Shown: positions 46,241 through 59,800 of the stretch, piece by piece | How the letters are laid out: each line of letters begins with the position of its first letter | Numbering within the stretch: the stretch's first letter is position 1 | Assembly: GCA_013265495.1 (NCBI GenBank) | Contig: MU058213.1 | Coordinates: 7,332,066-7,396,065, forward strand | Direction: 5' to 3' | From: Vicugna vicugna | Taxonomy: Eukaryota | Length of the DNA: 64,000 bases | The notes under the pieces: generated by a model | Told to the model about the DNA's origin: nothing | Seen by the model: the letters and a program-made list of their open reading frames with translations, nothing else | Databases searched by the model: none | Translations under genes and position numbers: made by a program

Positions 46241-48699
46241 AAACCTGAGTACCGTTCTGAGGGGCTCTTTGAGGCAAAGAAGTGGTCATTGAACACATAT
46301 ACACACACACATACTCTAAAATATTTGTTAACATATGCTTAAAAAACATGAAGAATATCCCCAACTTTAAAAATAATTTGATATAATTTTATTATAATTT
46401 TATTTGTCTTTTTCTAATCATAGGGTTACTTGGTGTCTTTTGCTCCTATTACATACCTAATTTTTTATTCACTGGTTACAATGAATATTATCATATAAAT
46501 ATTTCTCATGTTTTTATAATTACCCACAACTTTACTTTAAAGGACATATACTACAAATCATATGAAAAAAATATTTCTATCCCCCCTTTTTCATCCCCAG
46601 TTTTTAACATGTGATAATCTCTGTTTTAGGGCAATGGGTGGGGGGACCATTTTTACACTATGTTTTTCTGTAATGATGACACTTTAAAATAACTGTAGTT
46701 GTTTATTACTTTCAAGACAAGTAAAAACCAACGATACAAAACACATACACTCCCGGTAAAACTCATTTCAACCTGACTTCTAAGGAGGTCCACTTAGCAT
46801 CACCTTCTCATCACACCCTGTGAACCACAGTCCTCTCCCCGACCGACCTGAGACATTCAGTACCCCTCTGTCCTCGAGACAGTTGTCCCTCTGAGGGAAG
46901 CAGTGCAACCAATTTCTTTTTTTTTTAACTTCTCTGAATCTCAGCTCTTCTGTAATTCCCAAGGCTCAGGTATTTCCCCCCCTAGCCCTTTTCAATATCA
47001 GCTTATTTTCATTCCTCTCTGCTGTTTGCCTTACTAATTCTGACATGATTATTTTCTTCCAGGCTCCACCGAATAGAAGAGAGAGAGTTTTGGCTTTGAT
47101 TCCAGGATGATGTTTCACAGAAAGTCAACTCTCGTTCCAGGTACTTGATAAACATCTCACTCACTAATTTCTCACTGCTTCTAAACGATGAACATTTTGG
47201 TAAGCAAGTCCAGAGCTCCTCAGACACTGTTTGCCTCCTACACAACAAGTAAGCTCATGAAAACCACGGAGCGGGGCCTGGCCCTCCGCTCCTCTTTAAT
47301 GGTTCCTGTCACCCGGGGGGCCAGGCTGCCACCACCATGACTCTGCACACGGCCGCTGCCTCAGGGCAGGTGGAGGAATGCAAATGACTGTGGCCCTCAA
47401 ATTGCAATTTAAGGGTAGCTGTTAGGTGATACCCCTCCCATATATTTTTCTTCCTAACCACCAAGTCTGAGGATAATGTGCTATTTTTACTTATTTTCAG
47501 TGGAGAGAACGTTAAACCTTAAGGTGATGGTGGCATATTGCTGAATTATGTATTTCAGCCCGACTAGAATAAATTGGATTTTTCTGTTGTTGTTGGAGAG
47601 AGGGAAGAAAAGAGAGCTTTGAATCCAAAGAAAATTAGATGAAAAAGCTACGTTTTCCTGATTCCTGGGTTCTAGGTATAATGAAAACATAGCCACAATT
47701 AATAATATAATCAAACTGTAAAAAGTTGTCATCATTGACAACGTGTTTCTGGCCAGACATCTGGAATCTGTGTACTCAGATTTTAATTACATTTGCACCT
47801 ATTGATTTAAAATATGCTTTTTGTCCTCAGAATGCAATGATGAGATTTAAAGGAAAAAGAACACGCTAAAAGGCTTTCCAAAAGTGTCCGAGGCCTGGAT
47901 AGTGACGCTTGCATTCAAGGATGCTACGTGGCATTACAGAAATGAATCAGAGACTCAGGCCCGCCACTTCCTTAGAAACAGAAACATGCATAAAATTGTT
48001 AGAGCAAACGAGTTTTTAATTTCAACTAAAAACAAACAAACGAACAAAAAAAACAACACTTCACTTTGGACTTGGCTGGAGAAAAACCCTAAGTCTGTTC
48101 ATGGCCCAACCTCTGCCCAAGTCAACTATGGGTCTGACTGGCCGCATTTTCAGTTTCTTTATTTTCAGACCTGGCTCTCTCTTGTTGTAATGCTGGTAGC
48201 AGTCATAGTGATCGTGGGGTTTAGCACTTTAAGAGTCACCATTTAAAAACGCCGAAATATTTTTCTTTAAGGGTAAACCTGTTTCTCAAGTGAACTCCTG
48301 GAGGAAGCCTGTTCTGTGCATATTCAGGTCCTCAGAGAGACCACTCCTCTTCACCTACCGGAAATCTGTGTCTCCCTCCTTTTCAGGTCTGTCTCCTTAG
48401 GCTGGAAAGGACAGCCTCATGTCGCCACTCTTGGAAAGGGGTTGGGATGTGGTGCTCAGATTCCCTGACTTTTACTTGCATAGAGGGTGGGAGAAAGAGA
48501 GGAGGAGGAAATGAAACCTTGAGGAAGAAGGGAAAGAAGCAAAATCACCCAGCCACCTGCCCTCTGGAGGAAACTGCCACACACGGGTACCTCTGTGGCC
48601 TTGGAAGTATACGGGGAATGCACTCTAAGGTTACTAAAGGAGAAGGATGCTTCCCACCCAAGTTTTTTGTTTTTTTGTTTTGTTTTGTGTGTGTTAGTT

Positions 48700-49229
48700 T
48701 GCAGGGGGAGGAGAACATTTCTTTTCCCTCTGCCCGTTTTGGGTTCACTGCGGGGGTCCTGCAAATTAGATTGATAAAAGACAGACTATAGAGAGAAAAA
48801 CAAATTTAGGAACTCAATGCATTGAATACTCAGTGATGAGTGACTCCAAGGAACGGTTACAACTTGGGCTTCTATGGGCATCTTAGCAAAGAACAGTAAA
48901 TTTGCAGAGAAGCGACAATGCAAAGGAAAAGGGTTTTAGGCTTCCAAGGGTGGTAAGCTGTGGAAAGGTAAATATATGGGGGAAAGTAATGGAAGATAAG
49001 GATGTTTTAGCAAAGTTTATTACGTAGTTTCCTCGGGTACAGTTTTGGGGCTGATTAAGAGTCTGGAGTCGTCTCTGGTGGTTAAGAATTGGCCTGCCCT
49101 TCCTGGCGGCGAGGAGGAGGCCATAAAGAGTTCATCCTGTGTCTGCTTCTTTCTCAATTGTTTTCAGCTCAAAATAGGCCTTATGCCACAGTGGCAGGTT
49201 TTGCGGTGGCATACTCTGAACCGCATTCA
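48700..49229 (-). mobile_element. MER34-like ERV1 solo LTR
   Basis: TG...CA termini with exact 4-bp TSD AGTT (48696-48699, 49230-49233). The minus-strand start TGAATGCGGTTCAGAGTATGCCACCGCAAAACCTGCCACTGTGGCATAAGGCCTATTTTGAGCTGAA resembles the recalled MER34 5' end. Confidence 0.8.
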
Positions 49230-49479
49230 AGTTCAATTTTTCCTTCTTTTTAAAAGTTTCTTAAAGTAAGACATACACACGGGAGAATTTATAAGTAGAA
49301 ATTTGGAAGTTATACAGAAGCTAAGAGAAGCATGCAAAAACATGACTAAATCTTATCTCATTAGTCGAATGCAAGCATATCTAGGTATAGTTCCAGTAAT
49401 TTTTCCTACGCTTTTTTTTTTTCTGCACGTAACCGAGATCATTCTCCACACAGAATTTCGCGTACCTCGGTTCTGTTCA

Positions 49480-50430
49480 ACCGATCAAAGATATTTTCTC
49501 AAGCTATTATTCACTCTTTAAATATCATTTTAATGGCAGTATAATTTCCCATCATATGACTGTACCATAATTTATTATAATTTTCCTAATATTTAGACAT
49601 CTAGGGTGAGTTAAATAAACGTTTTGTGTGTGTGCATAAATCTTAGCATTTCAAATTATTTCCTGAGGATAATCTACCAGAGGTAGAAATATGGGATCAA
49701 AAGAATATCATCATTTTTCAGGTCTTTAGAGCACATTTTACCCAGCAGTTGCATCCACTAACATTAGCACAATATATGAGTGTCTTCCTGAAGCTCTGAC
49801 TGCATTGGTTGTCATTTAACCTTTGCTATTTTGTCAGGTCCCTGTTACTTAATGTTGCATTCAGTGGTGAGGCTGAAAATTGTTTAGTATATAATAAGCT
49901 TTTTGTATTTTCTCTTCTACAAGTTATCAGTTCAGGACTTGTCTATTTTTTCATTGATTTATAGTAACACTTTATAAACCAAGATTATTAGCTTTCTTTG
50001 TGCTTCAATTTATGAAAGAAAAAAAAACCTTCTTATCAGTTTAATTTTTGTCCTCTGATATTGTTATGATTATTTTTGAGGTATGGGAATTTCATATTTC
50101 TCTATATTTCAATTTATTGGCCTTTGACTCTGATTTCTTCCATTCCTTTAAAGTATAGGAAATCTTTACCTACCTAGTACTGGATAAATATGCAGAAACA
50201 CATTCTTTTAGTTATGTAATCAGTTTTTCAAAAATATGATTTCTTGAGCCTATCTGGACCTTAATTTATTATATGGTATGAGAAACAATGTATTTTTTCC
50301 TGATAAGCTAACAATTATCCTGGCATGACTATTTTCCCCATAGTTTTTATATGTATTCCATAAACATAAGACTATTCTTAAAAAATGCAAGATTATGTTT
50401 TGGGGTTTTCAACTGACTTCCCTGCCTGCT
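49480..50430 (-). mobile_element. Highly decayed L1ME-like fragment
   Basis: AT-rich with antisense L1-like motifs (TTTTAATGGCAGTATAATTTCCCATCATATGACTGTACCATAATTT; TTTCCTGAGGATAA...AGAGGTAGAAATATGGGATCAAA). Confidence 0.5.
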
Positions 50431-52589
50431 CTTTTTACCAGTGGTTTTTCCACCCTTAATTTTTGTGTTTAGACGTTCTTTTATCTCTTGTATTGAATTC
50501 TTTCTACATAAAAGGTGGCCAAGATGACGTACAAAGAAGACCGTTAAAGATTATTGGAGAAAGAGATCTCTGGCTTTACCGTTTTGGGTCTTAGGAGAAA
50601 AAGGTACAGTGTTAGCTCTGCTTGTGTCTATGAAGGGTGGGGTTCATGTTATGACACAGAAAATCAGAAAGAACTTTCATAATTTCTTGATAGTCACAGG
50701 AACAGTAATATAAAGAAGAGAATTACGTATCTTTTTATTCATCTCAAGAGAAGAAAATTTCCAGTGAGGAGATTAAGACATTTAATGCTGAAAGAGCATC
50801 TCATCTGAGGCTTCTAGGGCACCAGTAAAGATTTCAACCTGTGTGTCTGTAAAAAATTGCCAGAAACTGTCACAAAATGGAAAATGAGAGCCTGCATTAC
50901 GATGGTTCTGCTAGGGTTCTATAAGGTATGTGCTGAAAAAGTTTGTTTTGTGCTTAAGGCTTGTTAATAGTATCTTAGGATGATGGGGTTATCGGTGACT
51001 TTTTTATTTTTGGACGTTTAACTGTATTTTCATACCCCCTCCCCAAATTGCATAGAAGTCTTTTTTCTTAATAATGGTCTGTTAATTAACTTCTGAAAAT
51101 ACAGTACTGGAAGCTTTAGTCCCAAGAAGTGCAATGGTACCAAGAGTGGATTTTCTGTTTTTTTCACCTCTTTTCCTTAATAGACACAGTGACACTAAAA
51201 CTCATCTCATTAGAAGAGGTTTTTTTGTGAAAATGAGAAAGGACATTTCTAAATCAAGTGCTTTTCTTCTGAATAAGATTTAACCCAAAATGAGGTTGGG
51301 GACTGAAAGAAGGTATGAAAAACTACCTCTTAAAATTTCTATTCCTAAAGCTAATAGGAATTCTTTTGCAATTTTTTTTTCCTTGACAACCAAGGATTGA
51401 TACATCTTGCATGTTCAAAAGTAGAGGACTATAAGTCAGTACTCACTGGCTACAAATTTTTTCCCCTGTAAATTCCCTTTTGGTGATACAATTGTGCTAT
51501 TTTACTATCTGAAAAATTTCCGTTTTTCTTTAATGGTCTTTACTTTCCTCTTTTCTTAGCTCTTCTTAATTGTTCTATTTTTCATTAGTAGACAGTTCTC
51601 TCTGGTTGACCAACAGTGACTGGGGGTCAGAGTCATGGACAATAGACAATATCTGGTTTAGTCTGGCTCCAGAAAAGTTAAACTGTGCCTCAGCCTCTAA
51701 CGAGTCACTTGAAGGGTAAGCAACAGTCAGCCCTCCGTGGCAATAATGTCGTTGTTGGAAGCACTTGAGAAAACCTGCTGTAATTTTTTTACACACACAC
51801 CCTCCCACCCCAAAGCAAGTTTATCTTTGTTTTTAAACCATAAACCACACACTGCATTTCTTTTCCATGCCACATTGAAAGGAAATAAAAAGCAAGCGCA
51901 GTACGTATCACTTAAACACATTAACAATTAGGCAACAGTCCATTTCCCCCTTGAACTTTTCATGCTTGTTTTCCTGTCTTAAAAAAACACTTAAAAGCCA
52001 TCAAAGTGAGGGGTAGGGGGCGTGTTGAGCATGGAAAGTCTTGGCTCTACCATGGATGTCCACACAATTTCTTGGAACGAGGCTTCCAGTAGATAACCCG
52101 GTGAGATGGAGGAATTTCTTTCCACTCAGATACTGTCAGGGCCAATGTGCCTTTCAGGAGACTGTCTGTGAGATTCTGAGCATTGAAACTGTAAAAAAAA
52201 TTGAGCTGGACAGATCCTTGCCACCACAGTTTCTGCTAAATATAGATAAGTTGTCATCGCGTTGCACAAGCAATTTCCAGCTACGGCTCCTCAGGAGGAG
52301 ACGCGGGTCCCGGGGCTCATGTCTCTGGTAGTTAAACTGCACAGAGAGATGTGGACCTTGACCTGGGGGTTGTGGGGAGCCAGGGAAGGAGGCAGCATGG
52401 AAACAGGAGAAAGGAGCCTTAGTTCTGGTTAAATATATAATGACACACTAGGGGATACATAGCAAATGAGGGTACTGGCTTAAAATCTCATTAAGCCTCA
52501 ATAACATGGAAGAAAAGAGATGCAGAAGGAGCCCCCCTCCCCCCGCCCCGGAGTCTGTTTTCAAGTTCCTCCTGTCCCACTACCTTGGA

Positions 52590-52800
52590 AGCAATGTGGT
52601 AATGGGGATGAGACCATGAAATATGGTGTCAGACAGTCCTGAGTTTGCACCCCAGCTTAATCTGACCCTCTGTGTGATTTGGGGTTAATTACTTAACTTC
52701 TCTGAGCCTCAGGGTCCTAGTACACAAAATCTAGGTAGAATAGTATCTCTCACAGTGTTACTAGCATTGACATTGGGATTAAAGTACATGGCACTACTAA
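52590..52800 (+). mobile_element. MIR
   Basis: GTCAGACAGTCCTGAGTTTG...TGTGTGATTTGGGGTTAATTACTTAACTTCTCTGAGCCTCAG. Confidence 0.7.
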
Positions 52801-52869
52801 GCATGCAACTTCTGCTGGCGCCCGTCTCCTCCTCCCCTTGGAGGCAAGTCTTAAGCTTCCCTGGACCCC

Positions 52870-53620
52870 ATTCACCTCTCTCTTACCAAATCTCATTGGT
52901 TGTACCTCCAAAGCATATCCGGAGTTTGTCCCCTTCCCTCAATTCCCATTGCTACCATGTCAGTACAAGCCACTGGCCTCTCTTGCCTATGTCATTGCAA
53001 CAACCTCCTGGCTACTTCCTCTCCTTCTGTTTCTAAATCCCGTGCGATCCATCTCTGCACAGCAGGCAGCGAGAAAAGCATACTAAGTCATGCCATCCTC
53101 CTCTCCGAAACCCTGCAATGGTTTCTTACTGAGAATAAAATCCAAACCTCGTCATAGCTTTCACGGCTCTGTGCGATCTGGCCCCTGCATACCTCTTTCC
53201 TCCTTGACTTCACTGACTATCACTTTCTTCTTCTATTAATATTTTCCAGCTGTACTGGCCTAATTTAACTTCCCAGAACACATCAAGTTTACTTCTACTG
53301 CAGGGCCTTTGCATTTGCTGTTTCCGTAGCTTGGAAGAAGTTGCTTCCATATTCTGTTGTGGTTGAAGCCTTCTCAACAGTTGGGTCCAACGTTCCCTCC
53401 TAAAATTTGTCTTCCCTGACTGAGTCTCTGTCACGACCCCTCTTCATCAATTTTTTTCTTTTTCATAGCACTTATCCTTACATGCAATGATTTAAAATTT
53501 TGCCTCTCTGATTCCCCTATGGGGATGTAAACTTCATGAAAGAAGGGAGCTACAGTTTCACCTCTATTTTAGCCCCAAACACTTGGACAGCATTTGGTGA
53601 ATGAATTCTGAATGAATATG
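52870..53620 (+). mobile_element. L2 3' region
   Basis: TTGCAACAACCTCCT...GAATAAAATCCAAACCTC...TGCAGGGCCTTTGCATTTGCTGTTTCC...TGTAAACTTCATGAAAGAAGGGA...TGAATGAAT tail. Confidence 0.75.
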
Positions 53621-54661
53621 TAAAAATGGGATAATATCTGCCTGAAAGTTTGTGACCAGATTTGACAGTTTTCCTGTGTCTTTCTGTTTCTAAAGATTCT
53701 GTGATTTCCTAACCAGGAAAGCCTGAACCCCAGAATAATTTTAAAGACATGCAGTTAGGAAATTTTCAAATATTCAGCATAAAATAATTCACATCAGGGC
53801 TCCCAAGTCGAGGCGCTTTGGGTATCTGCTTTCATGAAAAAACTAAGAAGGACTTATAATCTGCATGTCAAATATCTGTATATAAAGAGATTCTTTTAAA
53901 CTACCATTTAAAAATTGTGTTCCTTTCAGCAGCATTTAGCTTTTCTGAGCAGTCCTATTTACAGCCGGCTGAACACATCCTTACTTCACAGATCTTGAAA
54001 AGGAATATGGTTCCACAGCACACAACACATCTGCTAAAAGAAACGGCTCAGGTGAGCACAGCCTGTGTCAGACGCACGCTCTTCAGCTCAGGGAGTTACT
54101 CACTCCACTTCCGTGGCTGTGCTGGAAGACATACACTGTGCAAACTGGATGTATCCTAAGGAAGGCGCTGGAAACCGCGCTGGGAGAAGAAATCGGGAAG
54201 GCCTAACTGATGGGGGGTGGGGGTGGGGGAGCCTGGGAGTCATTGTTGGATATTTAAAAGTTTCTCCTGTAAAGAGTCTGTGCTGCACGTGCCCCAGGAC
54301 GGATCTAGAACTGAAGAGCAGAAGCCACTGGGAGGCTGACTTTGGCTCCATCGTCGGAGGGGAATCTGACAGTCAGCCCATCCTCGTGCACAAGCGAAGG
54401 CCTCCTTGGAAATACAACAGGCCGGCGTCATCACTGGCTGTTTAACTTCCAGGCAGGCAGACCACGAGCCAGCAAGAACCTGTAAGGACAGGTGGGCAGC
54501 TTCTGCCCTTCTGGCAGGTTCTCATGGAGGCCTTTTCACAAATTCCAGGCTGGCTAGCGGGGCCTAACATGGTGTGATTTGTACCATACAGTGTTCCTTC
54601 TCAGATGTCTGCGTGGTATACGATGCCTGCCATTGCTAACGATTCAGGCCCAGACAATTTT

Positions 54662-54815
54662 AAAAAATACATTTTATTTGTTTATTTTTTTGTTCTTGTT
54701 TTTTTGAGGTGGATAATTGGGTTCACTTACTCATTTTAATGGAGGGACTGGGGCTTGAACCCAGGACCTCATGCATGCTAAGCACGCGCTCTACCACTGA
54801 GCTGTACCCTCCCCC
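54662..54815 (-). mobile_element. Camelid-type tRNA-derived SINE with TSD
   Basis: TTGAACCCAGGACCTCATGCATGCTAAGCACGCGCTCTACCACTGAGCTGTACCCTCCCCC. TSD GGCCCAGACAATTTT (54647-54661) / GGCCCAGACCATTTT (54817-54831). Confidence 0.9.
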
Positions 54816-56699
54816 TGGCCCAGACCATTTTGAATTTCAAATGTTCACCTAGAATCTCACAGATTCATGGTTTTATGTTCTGACCTGGAAGCAAGTTACT
54901 GGCTATTTCCTGCCGAAGAAATCTCTTATCTGGAAGGCTGAAGCAGGCGATTCCTCTTCTTGGTGAACAATAGTTTGTGTTCCAAAAATAACCCCGGGTT
55001 TAGGGACAGAAGACAAGGCTGGAGAGTCGAAGGGTTGAATGAGATCACCTTTTCATTTGTGGCCTAAGAACTATCTGTTACATTTTACCCATCCCTTCTG
55101 GCGGGGGCGGCTGCTGGCTCCAGGCAGAAGCTGACCCCCTCCTCAGCGACATCCCCCGGCCTGACCCCTCTTTTCTCTTTCTTTCTTTCCTTCCTTCGCC
55201 TTTCATTAGAATCCCTGTGAGCCTGTGCACGCTTAGCATGAAAATGAGCCCATTTTATTTTTGGAACCCACAGAGGCAGCCCTGAGGGGAGTGATTGTGT
55301 TGCTTTTAGCAGCTAAACAAAAAGGTGTGAAATCATTCGCTGGCTGTTCTAGAATGGGAAAAAATAAATAAATAAACGGAGAAGGAAGGTTCAGGACAGT
55401 GTGTGGCAACTTGGACAGAACCTCGGGACTGGGGCTTCTCGGAGACTTATTAGTAACCAAAGTGGCTGTGGGAATGTCTGTACATTCCTCTCACCTTCCC
55501 GGGATGGTACTAGAATAACATGGGAGGGCACTGGGATTTTTTTTTTTTAATGATTTGTTTTGAAAAACTAGTTCCACGTTGCTTTGAAAATAACTTGGGG
55601 ACGGGACTAGTCTGAGAAAAATTCCTTCGAGCCCTTTGCAATGTTCCCTGTACAGGGAAGGCGAGGGAGAGAAGAGAGGACCATTTCACCCAGGGTTTTT
55701 AAGACCTGGGAACACCTAGCAAGTGCTTCCGCAGGCAGGCACGGAGTCTCTACCGCAGGCCTGTACCGATTTAATCACACAACAGTGGTGAGAGACAAAG
55801 ACCGCCAGCAACAAAGTCTTCTTATGAAACTTGAGGTTTTTGCCTCATGCTGACAACATTCATTGGGAGCCATTTCCTGTTTTGGGGGGCTATGTGTCCC
55901 AGATATCCCTCTTCTTGGAAGAGCATCATATTTTGAAATGTCTCTTCCTTAGCAGGGGCGACTGCATATTCAATTGGCATCTTTGATATGGGATTTTATT
56001 TTTCTTTTTACACTTAGGGAATCTTTCTCAAACTACAAAGTATCTGAAACAGACAAAAATGCAGAGACTTGATAAATTTCAGCCTTATCCCCAAGATGTC
56101 ACAATTGCTCCTTGAGCTCTCCTTAAAAGAAATCAAATGTTACGGCTGTGCTTTTCCTACTTCCATGCTCCTCTCTTCCTCTTTCCCAAGGGGCAAATCC
56201 TGTTCTTCAACTGATGTGCAACCTTCCACCCTTAGCCTTGTTGCAGGCCTGACCAAGTAGCCATTTGGTTTAGTGAACGTAGCCTTTGGGCTATTTCAGC
56301 AGCCAGGCTTCTATGACTGGTGGGCATCGCCATGCGGTGGGCAGCCACTGGGCCTGTCTTATGAATAGGCTTCCTTTTGTCCAGCAGTTAGGACAGAATT
56401 ACAGTAGAGTCCAATGCTAGGAGAAGACATACCTTTAAAAAGTACTATTTAACTGATTAATCAATTCGTAGAACAAATGATATTGATGGCGCACTTATTG
56501 CCAGGGACCACGCTCTGTGCGGAGATATGGTGAGTCACAGACAGACAAATGGAAATTATAACTGCTGTAACACCAGACTTTCTCTTTTGGAAAGGAACTG
56601 TCTTTGCTTGGGAAAATCCCATGATAGACCATGTCCTTGACCAGGTGGGCAGTAAGAACGAAGAGACAATTCATTGAGCTGAGCAGGATTGTAGAGCGA

Positions 56700-56812
56700 A
56701 GGAGGAGAAAGGAGAAGGAGAAGGAGGAGAGAAATAACTAGGAATCTCAGGGTGAGAGAGAGAGAGAGAGATGAGAGATGGGAGTGGGGAAAGGACAAAG
56801 GGAAAGATAAGA
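56700..56812. repeat. GA-rich purine tract with (GA)n
   Basis: AGGAGGAGAAAGGAGAAGGAGAAGGAGG...GAGAGAGAGAGAGAGAGAG. Confidence 0.8.
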
Positions 56813-59800
56813 GGACATATGGCAAAGTGGCTAAAACCAAAAGAAAATCTATGGTGGTCAGCTGCTAGCGGGCTGCAATATCAAGGTCTCTAAGGATCAG
56901 TTGGAAGTCATTTGTGTTTCTGTGAAACAAATGCACTGCTTGGTACCCATCCTCTTCCCCGCACCCAGTAAAATGTTTAGTGAAATAGATTTTTTTCAAG
57001 TCAGTATACACACAGTATACACAAGTATACACACACACATACCCATACACATACATGTACCTAAAAGACATCAGATAAGCTGAAATGGATCCACGGAGAC
57101 AGAAATTCAGCACTGGAGGTGACCATGAACACACAGCCCTGGTGGCTCCCCCTTGTACTCTCCAACCCTGGAATTCTCAGAAACCCACAAAGTCTTGGCT
57201 TTCCCTGTGGCCTGGGGAAACTGCACTGAGATGCATCTCAAAGGGCAGAGAGAGCTTATTTGACGTCGGAGTTGAGAGCCGAGCTTACTGTTTGGGTTTT
57301 ACCCCATAGGTAATAGGGAACATGATTTGAATACGGGGGTGGATTCTATAATTTAACAAACCTCTATCATAGTTGCCCAAATGCTCTTTCCCCTTGTTTG
57401 CAACCAGCAAACACCTACTCATCTTCTTAGATTCTATGTACGTGTCACTTTATCTGGGGAGCCTTCCCTGACCCCCAGGGAGGGTAATTTTCTTCTTCTG
57501 AACTTGCACATCTCTCCATACATACCTTTCTCTAATACATCGTGTGTGACATGGTATCCCATGGTCCTGTACTTGCATGCAACAAAGCAGACCTCATGGC
57601 ACCACTTTGGAATCCCCACTGCCCGGCAAGACATATGGCTCCTTCACAGAAGGAGACCTGGGGAGGTGAGTAACAAAGGGAAACTTACAAGCGGCCATGC
57701 AGCTTTAGAGAGAAGAGAACTCCAAGCCCCCAGGTGGGGGCACACCTCCCCCCCAGTAATTCTGCTGTTGGACGCCATGTGTCTCGCCCCTTGCTCCTAT
57801 TTTGAATAAACCCATTGCTCCCCAGGAGGAAAAGCAGTGTCATCATCGTTTGTTTGTTTGTTCCCTGTGCCAAGACCCAGGGTGACGAGGCTGGGTTGCG
57901 CACGGGGCGTGGGCATCAGAAACTGAGGAGTCTCACCCTGCCGGGCCTGTCTGGCTCGTATGCTTGGGCAAGTCACACGGCTCCAGTGGGACTCCGTTTC
58001 CTCCCCCAGTGGTAATGACCGGCTTCCCAGGGTGGCTGCAAAGCCTAATTACGGACGGAGAAGGAGGCAGAAAATACAAAGCGCTTCATCACGCAAAGGA
58101 TTTTCCTCCTCTGTTTCTTTTTGGGCTCGGCAGCCTGTGATAGGAAGTGTTTATGACCTGGAACAAGAGTCCAGCAAAAACTAACTACCATTCTCATCGA
58201 CAGCGGCTCACTCGGAATTGGCGTTGACTGGGACAGGGAAAGTGTATTTCTTTTATTCCAGTCCATTCTGTGGCCCTGGCTGCTAACTTGACACGAACGG
58301 CTTGCCACCTCTCGGCCTCGGTTTCCTTGACTACCAGGGCTTTCTCGATGATGCCTTCATGCTCAGGTGCATTGTGATGCCTTTAACTTTTATCTCAGTC
58401 CCGGGCCGTCAAACCACGCTCAGAAACAAGGTTTGTGGATGATACACGATCATCTGTGACTGCACCCACAGGGTTAGTCCCCGAGAGAAGACACTGGGGC
58501 TTGGGAAGCCTTGCACAAGTGACACTCCAACTCTGCCTGGCTTTGCAGAAGCCCACCTCTCTCCTAAGCACTTAGAGACCTCAGCCCAGTCCGCGTTTCC
58601 ATCAGGGCCAGAGCCCGCAGACCTGCTGCCAAGTGTTGGCTGAAAGACTGAGCAAGAGAACAACTGATCGTGAGGCAAGAGTGAGAAGGCAGGAGGGAGA
58701 CAGGAAGACAAACCGAAATAGTGGGTTGAGTGGCCACCTTGAGAAACCTTGTTCCTGTTCCATCTTTTGTTTTTTTAATCACAGAGGCTGTTGCTGTATT
58801 AGGGATATTCAAAGACCAAAACTGTTCAGAAAAATGAGATTCCAATGCTTTATACCCCCCAATAAGCTACACGGGCAGTGTTTGTGGTCAAGAGAGAGGA
58901 ATGCAGGCCAGAAGATGGCCATTATTTACATGGCGACTCCCCACACCCTCATCGCTGGCATCACACCCCGGACACAGCTGGGTCACCTGTAGGGATCAGG
59001 TGAGGAGGAGGGAGGGTGAGCCAGCTATTGCAGGTTGCCCGGCCAGGTGTGGCAGTGGCTGTGGCAACGTGTGGGGCCACCAAGGCTGACATCAGGGGGA
59101 GGGAGAACACAGGCCAGAGGGGAGGAAGTCATGTTGACTTTGATTGGCTAACTCAACATGAGGCCAACGGAGGGAAGAGGGGGAGAGGGGAGAGAAGGCA
59201 CTTTTGAGAGCATGCCAGTGTCTCACTGGTTTGCAAGTGACTATGAAAGTGTCCTCCACACACAGTCCTGAAGAAGGTGGGTAAGTGGGAACTTGGCCGT
59301 GCAGTAAACCACATGTTACCTGAAACATACAGAAACAGGTTAGAGAAGGCCGCCATGAGTTGAATCTGATATGCCTCCGAATTATGTCACTAGTGGACGC
59401 CTTGATAATACAATTTCTCAACTTCATTTAAAAATCACTCAAAGAAAATGCAAAAATAATTTTGGGAACTTGAGTGCCCATAGACCATTTTCCTAGGAAA
59501 ACATGGCTCTTAGAAATGTTGGACAGATTTTTGTTTTTCAAACCAAAGCGTTACAACTTGTCTCCCACGTGCCAAGAGTATAACTTTCTATTGAAGCCAT
59601 GCTACAGAAAAACGTCACATGCTACGGATTAAACACAGAAACCAGCTACTCACAACACATGAAAGCAAATGCAGCGCGCCCTGAGAAGTGCAAATATGTT
59701 GAAACACGTCTGCCATGAAATAGGGTCTTAACAGTCCTCTGACAAAGAGCCCTTTTGCAAGAAGCATTTATTCATATACCTCAACGAGAGGCCTCAGTTT

